From: Thermodesulfobacteriota bacterium
GTDB taxonomy: Bacteria; Desulfobacterota; Binatia; Bin18
Length of the DNA stretch: 64,000 nucleotides
Assembly: GCA_964291405.2 (NCBI GenBank)
Contig: OZ219926.1
Location: 1,760,001 to 1,824,000 of the forward strand
Reading direction: 5' to 3'
Shown piece by piece: positions 57,411 through 64,000 of the stretch (position 1 is its first letter; the number at the start of each line of letters is the position of its first letter). A model generated the notes under the pieces. It was not told the DNA's origin and made no database searches. It saw only the letters and a list, made by a program, of their open reading frames with translations. A program made the position numbers and the translations under genes.

Positions 57411-58723
57411 TTGGGGTCGGAAAGAAAAATCGGAGCAACGCTTGGGGTTTGCAAACTCTCTTGGCCGGCATCTTTTTTTGCAGTTGCTTCTGCCTCCCTG
57501 TACGAGCGCAGACGATTGCAGTCTCAGGAAAAACGATCCACACTGTTTCACAGGCCGGAACAATTCAGGATGGGGTCATTCTCATACAAGACGGACGCAT
57601 TGCCCAGGTTGGACCGGTGGCTGAGGTAATGATTCCGAGCGAGGCTGAACGCTTCGCCGCAGAAGTTATCACTCCTGGTTTTATTGATGCTCACTCCGTC
57701 GTAGGCCTCTCGGGCTGGCATAACGTGTTAGCCGATCAAGACCAGGACGAAACCACCGCCCCCAACCAAGCTGAACTCCGAGCGATTGATGGATTTAATC
57801 CGGCAGATCCGTTGCTCGCCTATCTGCTTCGGCACGGCGTGACAGTCATTCAAGCGGGACCGGGTCATGGAAATCCCATAGGTGGACAGGCCGGAATTTT
57901 CAAGACCGCGGGCACGACGGTTGAAGCAATGACCATCCGGTTTCCCTCAGCCATGATTTTTACTCTTGGCGAATCCCCCAAGAAGGTCTATGGAAAGCGG
58001 AAACACACACCAATGACACGTATGGGTACGGCAGCTTTTATCCGCCAAGCTCTGACAGATGCTCGGATTTATGTCACACAATGGCAAGAGTATAAGACAC
58101 AGGAAACGGATACAGTAGAAAAGCCAGAAAAGAAAAAGAAGAAGGCTCCAGATCGAGACTTAAAAAAAGAGGCGCTCGCCGCAGTTGTTCAGGGTCAGTT
58201 TCCTGTCCTCATTACCGCGCATCGTGAAGACGACATCCTCACTGCACTGCGAATAGCTCAAGAGTTTAACCTTACGATCATCCTCGACGCGGCAACCGAG
58301 GGCTATCTGGTTGCGCCTGAGATTCTACAGGCAGGTATCCCCGTCATTGTCCATCCGACCATGCAACGTATCAGGAGTCCGGAAACAGCCAATACATCCT
58401 TGGAGAATGCGGCCCTGTTGGCTGATGCAGGGATAGCCATTGCGCTCCAATCCGGCGTTGAGGCTTATATGCCCAAAACCCGTCTTGTCTTGTTTGAAGC
58501 TGCGATTGCGATGGTCAACGGATTGGGGTTTGAGCGAGCCCTGCGCTCCATCACGATTGACGCTGCCCGCCTCCTGAATATCGACAAAATCGTGGGGTCA
58601 CTCGATATAGGGAAAGATGCCGACCTCGTCTTGTTTGACGGTAATCCGTTTGAATATACGTCGCATATTCAGGCTGTTATTTTGAATGGACGTACCGTCT
58701 ATCAACGGCCGGCTTCTCCCTAA
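57407..58723 (+). CDS. exported amidohydrolase paralogue, degenerate metal site
   Basis: ATGA overlap. PGFIDAHSV, LGESPK, AHRED, GSLDIGKDAD. Confidence 0.85.
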   Translation: MIGVGKKNRSNAWGLQTLLAGIFFCSCFCLPVRAQTIAVSGKTIHTVSQAGTIQDGVILIQDGRIAQVGPVAEVMIPSEAERFAAEVITPGFIDAHSVVGLSGWHNVLADQDQDETTAPNQAELRAIDGFNPADPLLAYLLRHGVTVIQAGPGHGNPIGGQAGIFKTAGTTVEAMTIRFPSAMIFTLGESPKKVYGKRKHTPMTRMGTAAFIRQALTDARIYVTQWQEYKTQETDTVEKPEKKKKKAPDRDLKKEALAAVVQGQFPVLITAHREDDILTALRIAQEFNLTIILDAATEGYLVAPEILQAGIPVIVHPTMQRIRSPETANTSLENAALLADAGIAIALQSGVEAYMPKTRLVLFEAAIAMVNGLGFERALRSITIDAARLLNIDKIVGSLDIGKDADLVLFDGNPFEYTSHIQAVILNGRTVYQRPASP

Positions 58724-59027
58724 ATGCCAAGTTAATGCGAGCAGTCTGACGACGCCGTCAACACGTGAATGCTTACGACGCTTTCTCTATTGCCGCTACC
58801 CGGCTTGCTGACGCTCCTATGCTGACCGCGGATGGTTTCCTTTCCAGAGTCCCTCTGCCTGGCATCATCGTTTAGAACGTTCGGCCAGGATGAGCATCTT
58901 TTTAGTGAATCAGGAACGGAAGTGGATATGCGACTTCCCATAGCTATGAAGTTTGCAGGTCACATGCTACGCGGGGGAATGGTGCACAGAGGTGCGCTGA
59001 AGCACACGACAGATAGGGAGGCCAGCC

Positions 59028-60194
59028 ATGTTCGTTGCCACGCTCAATCGTCCACTTGCCACGACGATCACCGGCTCTTTGCCACGACCCGAATGGTTTA
59101 CGCTCAACCTTGCCGGCCGCTCGATGTCCTCAGCCTTGTTGGGCGATTATCAGTTTCACGAGCAGTATATTGATGCGGTTGCCAGTTGTATCAGCGATCA
59201 ACGCCGGGCCGGGATCGATATCATGACGGATGGCGATATGCGCTTTGATCGGGATATCGGCGGGCGGGCGTGGTTTGGCTATATCTTTGATCGGGTGGAG
59301 GGCCTGTCGCCCGGTGCGTTGCGCTCCCTCCCGTTCGGCGGCTCTCCGCGAGAACTCCAACCTGGAGATATTTTTCATGAGATTATGGTGACCCGCTTAC
59401 CACCCACAGTCACGGGGCCGGTGAGCGCCGGCAGCCTCGAGTACGATATCGCCTGGAAAACCGCTCAGGGGCTGGCCGAACAGCCGGTTAAATTTGGGGC
59501 CTGCTCGGCCCAGGTTGTCGATATGCTCGTGATTAACGAGCATTACCGGGACCGCCAAGAAACGATCATGGCCCTCTCCCAGGCCGTTAATGGCGAATAC
59601 CATAAACTGGCCGATGCCGGCTGTCCCATTGTCCAGGTCGAAGAGCCGTGTTTCCACTTCGTAGAAGATATTGACTGGGAAATCCCACCTGAGGTCTACG
59701 TGAAGGCCTTTAACCGGGAAGTCGCCGGGCTGCGCGACAAAACCGAAGTGTGGTGCCACACCTGTTGGGGGAACCCGTTTGCCCAGAACCTCGGCTACGG
59801 CGCACGCTATAAGCCCGTTTTGCCGTATCTCGATCAACTTGAGGTAGACGTGGTGACCTTTGAGATGAAGTTCAACAATTTTGCCGAACTCGCCGATGTT
59901 GCCGCTGCTATCGGTAAGGACAAGAAAATCGCTATTGGTGTCGTCTCGCATCGCACCCTGCAAGTCGAAACAGCGGAAGAGATTGCCGAGTCCGTACGCC
60001 AGGCCCTGAAAATTGTTGAACCCGAACGCTTAATTCTCAGCACCGACTGCGGGTTTGGACGCCAGGGCATTTCCCGCAAGCACGCCTTCTATAAGATGGT
60101 CGCGCTCGTCCAAGGCGTCAACGTCGTCCGGCGCGAACTTGGACTGACCCCTGCCGTCATTCCTGTCGAGGCAAGAAACCTGGCGTATTTGTAA
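59028..60194 (+). CDS. cobalamin-independent methionine synthase II family protein
   Basis: TGSLPRP, Zn ligands HTCWGN, FE and STDCGFG. Confidence 0.88.
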   Translation: MFVATLNRPLATTITGSLPRPEWFTLNLAGRSMSSALLGDYQFHEQYIDAVASCISDQRRAGIDIMTDGDMRFDRDIGGRAWFGYIFDRVEGLSPGALRSLPFGGSPRELQPGDIFHEIMVTRLPPTVTGPVSAGSLEYDIAWKTAQGLAEQPVKFGACSAQVVDMLVINEHYRDRQETIMALSQAVNGEYHKLADAGCPIVQVEEPCFHFVEDIDWEIPPEVYVKAFNREVAGLRDKTEVWCHTCWGNPFAQNLGYGARYKPVLPYLDQLEVDVVTFEMKFNNFAELADVAAAIGKDKKIAIGVVSHRTLQVETAEEIAESVRQALKIVEPERLILSTDCGFGRQGISRKHAFYKMVALVQGVNVVRRELGLTPAVIPVEARNLAYL

Positions 60195-60237
60195 AGGTTG
60201 AGAGAGATTTCTGAGCGAACATCCAAATTGAGGAACT

Positions 60238-61758
60238 ATGAGCACAGAACATTTCGATGTCCTGGTCGTCGGCGCGGGAATCTCCGGGATTGCCGCCGGC
60301 TATCATCTACAGACTACCTGTCCGGGCCGGACGTACGCCATTCTCGAACGCCGCGATACCATCGGAGGCACCTGGGACCTGTTCCGCTATCCCGGTATCC
60401 GCTCGGATTCGGATATGTATACGTTGGGGTATCCGTTCCGGCCCTGGACCGACCCAAAGGCCATCGCCGATGGGCCTGCCATCCTTCGCTATGTCAACGA
60501 GACCGCTCGGGAATTCGGGATCGATCGTAATATTCGTTTTGGTTATCACGTCAAGCAAGCCTCTTGGTCCACAGCGGACGCACGTTGGACGGTCGAAGCC
60601 GAACGGACCGACACGAAGGAGCGCTGGCGCTTCACCTGCAACTTCCTCTTCATGTGCAGCGGGTACTACAACTACGACGCAGGCTATACACCGGATTTTG
60701 CCGGAACCGAGCACTTTCGAGGCCGAATCGTGCATCCGCAGCAATGGACCGACGATATCGAGTACGCGGACAAGCGCGTCATCGTCATCGGCAGCGGAGC
60801 GACTGCGGTGACGCTCGTTCCCGAACTGGCCAAGCAGGCGGCCCATGTCACGATGCTGCAACGCTCGCCCAGCTATATTCTCTCCCTGCCGTCTAAGGAC
60901 TCTCTCGCCAATGCGCTGCGCCGTTTTCTTCCGAATGCCCTCGTCTATCGCCTGATTCGGTGGAAAAATGTGCTTATCGGAGCCTACTTCTTCTGGTTCT
61001 GTCGCTACTCCCCAGAGCGCGCCAAGGCGTTTCTCTTGCGCCAGGTTCGCGCGGCGCTGGGGCCTGATTATGATGTCGAGCAGCATTTCACACCCCACTA
61101 CAACCCCTGGCAGCAGCGCCTGTGCCTGATCCCGGACAGTGACCTGTTCAAAGCGATCAAGGCCGGTCAGGTTTCGGTTGTGACCGACCATATCGAGACC
61201 TTCACCGAGCGGGGCATCCGTCTGCGTTCGGGAAAAACGCTTGAGGCCGGGCTCGTTGTGACAGCTACGGGTCTCAATCTGCAACTCCTTGGTGGTCTCG
61301 AGGTAACGGTCGATGGGGAGCCCGTCGAGTTCTCAAAGACGCTGACATATAAAGGCGTCATGTTCAGCGATGTGCCGAACCTGGCCCTGACTGTTGGCTA
61401 TACGAACGCGTCGTGGACGCTGAAATGCGATCTCACCTGTGAGTATGTCTGCCGCCTGCTCAATTATATGCAGGCGAACGGCTATGCGCAGTGCTGCCCG
61501 CGCCCCCACGACCCGGATATGGAGCGGGAGCCGTTCATCGACTTCACGTCGGGTTACGTCCAAAGAGCAATCGATGCCTTCCCCAAGCAGGGCGTCAAGG
61601 TGCCCTGGAGAGCGTATCAAAATTACCTGCTTGATACCTGGACAGTTGCCTATGGTTCGCTGACTGACGACGCGCTGAAGTTCACCCGGCGACCGGTTGG
61701 ACGACACCAGAATGCTACGACAGACAATGCCACGCTACCAGAGCAAGCGGCTGGCTGA
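60238..61758 (+). CDS. Baeyer-Villiger monooxygenase (EthA-like)
   Basis: GAGISG, GGTWDLFRYPGIRSDSD, FRGRIVHPQQW fingerprint, GSGATA. Confidence 0.92.
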   Translation: MSTEHFDVLVVGAGISGIAAGYHLQTTCPGRTYAILERRDTIGGTWDLFRYPGIRSDSDMYTLGYPFRPWTDPKAIADGPAILRYVNETAREFGIDRNIRFGYHVKQASWSTADARWTVEAERTDTKERWRFTCNFLFMCSGYYNYDAGYTPDFAGTEHFRGRIVHPQQWTDDIEYADKRVIVIGSGATAVTLVPELAKQAAHVTMLQRSPSYILSLPSKDSLANALRRFLPNALVYRLIRWKNVLIGAYFFWFCRYSPERAKAFLLRQVRAALGPDYDVEQHFTPHYNPWQQRLCLIPDSDLFKAIKAGQVSVVTDHIETFTERGIRLRSGKTLEAGLVVTATGLNLQLLGGLEVTVDGEPVEFSKTLTYKGVMFSDVPNLALTVGYTNASWTLKCDLTCEYVCRLLNYMQANGYAQCCPRPHDPDMEREPFIDFTSGYVQRAIDAFPKQGVKVPWRAYQNYLLDTWTVAYGSLTDDALKFTRRPVGRHQNATTDNATLPEQAAG

Positions 61759-61808
61759 CCAGCGCTTTCCAAGAAGCACGCTTCTCTCCGAGGGAAAAGA
61801 GAGGAGGA

Positions 61809-62909
61809 CTAAGCCATACTCACAATCGCTCGTCCAATAATCTCACCACGACTCAAGGCCGCATAGGCTTCATCCGCCTGTTCCAGGCCGTAACGCCGCG
61901 TAATAGGTTGAGACACATTCACCTGCCCCTGGGCTGCCAAGGCCAAGACCTCGGGCAGGTCGGTGCGGACACGACTGCCGTAGGAGCCCATAAGCTGAAT
62001 GCCACGGCGGACCAGACGGGTAATCTCGATGCCCGCAGTTGTCGTGCCTGGGGCAATACCGATCACCACGACCCGCCCCCCATCGCGGGTCATCATGAAC
62101 GCGTTCACCACGGTCTCCGGTCGTCCCAAGGCTTCAATGGCTACGTCCACCCCCTGGCCGTTGGTGGCATTGTTCACGGCTGCGACGGGCTCTTCCTGAC
62201 TGGCATTCACGGTATGGGTTGCGCCCAGGGCCTGGGCCGCTTCCAACTTATCGTCACGTACATCAACCGCGATAATCTGGCCGGCCCCAAAAGCCTTGGC
62301 GACCTGAACAACATTTGACCCCACACCGCCTGCACCGACGATGGCCACGCTATCGCTCGGTTGGACTCGCGCCTGATTCTTCACCGCACCATAGGCTGTC
62401 ATCATGGCACAACCGAGAATGCACGCATCGGTCAGGGACACATTGGCAGGAGCGGGAAAGACATCGCTGGCTGGAACAACCGCGTACTCAGCGAGGCCAC
62501 CCATACTATACATCGCCAGGGGCGAACCATCGGAACGAGAGAGACGACTCTCCCCATCGTAGAGCGTCCCCTTCAGACGGTTCAGGGCGAAGAAGATTTC
62601 ACACAGATCGTCCCGACCCTGCACACAGTACGAGCACACTCCACACGGCATGATAAAGCTACACACCACGTTCTCTCCGGTCCGTGTCGTTTGCACCTCG
62701 GGACCGACCTCCTCAACAATGCCAGAGATCTCGTGTCCCAGTACACACGGCACCGGGAACTTCACTTCACCCTTCATCACATGCAGGTCGGTATGACACA
62801 CACCACACGCGGCGACTTTGACCAATACTTCACCAGCCTTGGGACGGGGTTGCGGAATATCCTCAATAACCAACGGGCCACCAACTTCCGACAGGACTGC
62901 AGCTTTCAT
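61809..62909 (-). CDS. Zn-dependent alcohol dehydrogenase (MDR)
   Basis: CGVCHTD, GHE, C..C..C.......C, GAGGVG. Confidence 0.92.
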   Translation of the reverse strand: MKAAVLSEVGGPLVIEDIPQPRPKAGEVLVKVAACGVCHTDLHVMKGEVKFPVPCVLGHEISGIVEEVGPEVQTTRTGENVVCSFIMPCGVCSYCVQGRDDLCEIFFALNRLKGTLYDGESRLSRSDGSPLAMYSMGGLAEYAVVPASDVFPAPANVSLTDACILGCAMMTAYGAVKNQARVQPSDSVAIVGAGGVGSNVVQVAKAFGAGQIIAVDVRDDKLEAAQALGATHTVNASQEEPVAAVNNATNGQGVDVAIEALGRPETVVNAFMMTRDGGRVVVIGIAPGTTTAGIEITRLVRRGIQLMGSYGSRVRTDLPEVLALAAQGQVNVSQPITRRYGLEQADEAYAALSRGEIIGRAIVSMA

Positions 62910-62950
62910 CTGGAGATTCCTCCTTATACGCCTGAGTATCCTATGCCGCG

Positions 62951-62980
62951 TTGACATTTTCGCCAAGGCATTTCTATTAT
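62951..62980 (+). promoter_or_regulatory. sigma-70 promoter
   Basis: TTGACA-N18-TATTAT, followed by RBS GGAGG and the ATG at 63008. Confidence 0.6.
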
Positions 62981-63007
62981 TCAAAACGAGAGAGAGGGAG
63001 GTTCGTC

Positions 63008-64000
63008 ATGAAGACCGACCGTTTCGGGAACCCATTTGCCGAGGCTCTGCCGTACGCCCGAGGGGCTATCCTGACCAGTACGGAGGATGATTTCCGCAAA
63101 CTTCAGCAGGCGGGCCGGATTGTCCGACGCCGCATCGGTGAGAATGGTCCCGAGGCAATTTTCAATTTTACCGGGCTCGAACATGGCCTGCCGCTCAGCG
63201 GCGAGGATATCCTGTTTGCCCACGATGAAATCGCGCCCGCGCTGTATACGGAGCAGCTCCGCCGGCTGACGCTGGAGCACCTCGGCGGGTCTCCGGATCG
63301 TCACGACGTCATGCTCTTTAATCGACTCACCGCTGCCACATTGGCGACCCATCTCGTACTGGTGAAACCGGGCGCTGTCGTCATCGGGGTGTCAGCCAGC
63401 CATAGTCATCCGTCCGTCATTCGGGCGGCCGCACATGTCGGCGCGCGCCTCGTGGATACCAAAGGTGTAGAGGAGTTTACTGCGGTGCTGGAGCGAGAAA
63501 GAGAAGTCGCCCTGGTTGTGCTCACTCGCTTAGCGGTGACCTATGAGGCACTGTCCGTTGAAGCGTTGCAGCAGATCGTCCGTCTGGCTCACGAGCGGGA
63601 TATCCTCGTGTATGCGGATGAGGCTGGTGGGGCGCGGGTCGGTCCCGCTATCCTAGAGCAGCCCAAGATGCTCGAACTCGGCGTAGACCTGGGCGCGACC
63701 GGGCTTGATAAGTATGGCACCAGCGGCCCACGGGTTGGATTGATGGCGGGCGAGCAGCAGCTTGTTGCCCGCATCCGGGCGCGTGCCTGGGAGTTTGGGC
63801 TTGAGGCCCGCCCCCTGCTGTATCCGGCAGTCATCCGCTCGCTGGAAGCCTACACACCGGGACGTGTGCAAGCCCTGGTTGATAGCACGAAACAGGTCGC
63901 AACCGCTCTGCGGACTCTCTTGGGGAGCCGTATACACGAAACGCCCGTGATCGCCGAGCTGCCGGCAGACGATATACTCGAACTGGTCCTGGAGCGGGCC
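63008..64000 (+). CDS. PLP-dependent SelA-like enzyme (MJ0158/TIGR03576 type), partial; absent from the ORF track
   Basis: Open frame from ATG 63008 to the window end. FNRLTAA, SHPSV, ADEAGGAR, QPKMLELGVDL, TGLDKYG (PLP Lys), GPRVGLMAG. Confidence 0.8.
   Translation, partial: MKTDRFGNPFAEALPYARGAILTSTEDDFRKLQQAGRIVRRRIGENGPEAIFNFTGLEHGLPLSGEDILFAHDEIAPALYTEQLRRLTLEHLGGSPDRHDVMLFNRLTAATLATHLVLVKPGAVVIGVSASHSHPSVIRAAAHVGARLVDTKGVEEFTAVLEREREVALVVLTRLAVTYEALSVEALQQIVRLAHERDILVYADEAGGARVGPAILEQPKMLELGVDLGATGLDKYGTSGPRVGLMAGEQQLVARIRARAWEFGLEARPLLYPAVIRSLEAYTPGRVQALVDSTKQVATALRTLLGSRIHETPVIAELPADDILELVLERA

Overview
A GC-rich bacterial chromosomal segment with no rRNA, tRNA or CRISPR seen. The gene content (LLM oxidoreductases, amidohydrolases, nitrile hydratase, selenoproteins) recalls Binatota or deltaproteobacteria-like catabolic generalists; this is inference only. 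It carries: the tail of a nitrate-assimilation region (4Fe-4S, Rieske, NarK, NirA, sigma-54 promoter); three toxin-antitoxin pairs; an hmfBCADE-like 2-furoate degradation operon; a split-beta Co-type nitrile hydratase; tandem LuxR paralogues bracketed by a repeated palindrome; glpK, thrC, ubiE; and a SelA/MJ0158-like PLP enzyme running off the end. The strongest hidden signals are missed by the ORF track. (1) Two genes are each broken by one in-frame TGA at a redox-motif position, with a hairpin just downstream: a peroxiredoxin-like protein (W-U-P-Y-C) and a UGSC-family protein (C-A-U-G-S-C-T-S-G-C). Both are probable selenoproteins, and the second sits in an uncharacterised five-gene operon. 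(2) A promoter- and terminator-bounded, hairpin- and GGA-rich non-coding unit lies at about 12.5-12.9 kb. (3) A tandem 'two-allele' variable locus lies between mscS and the UGSC operon, carrying MNT-HEPN, a dead IS630 and a PhoD pseudogene. Family assignments rest on motif recognition; no database searches were run.
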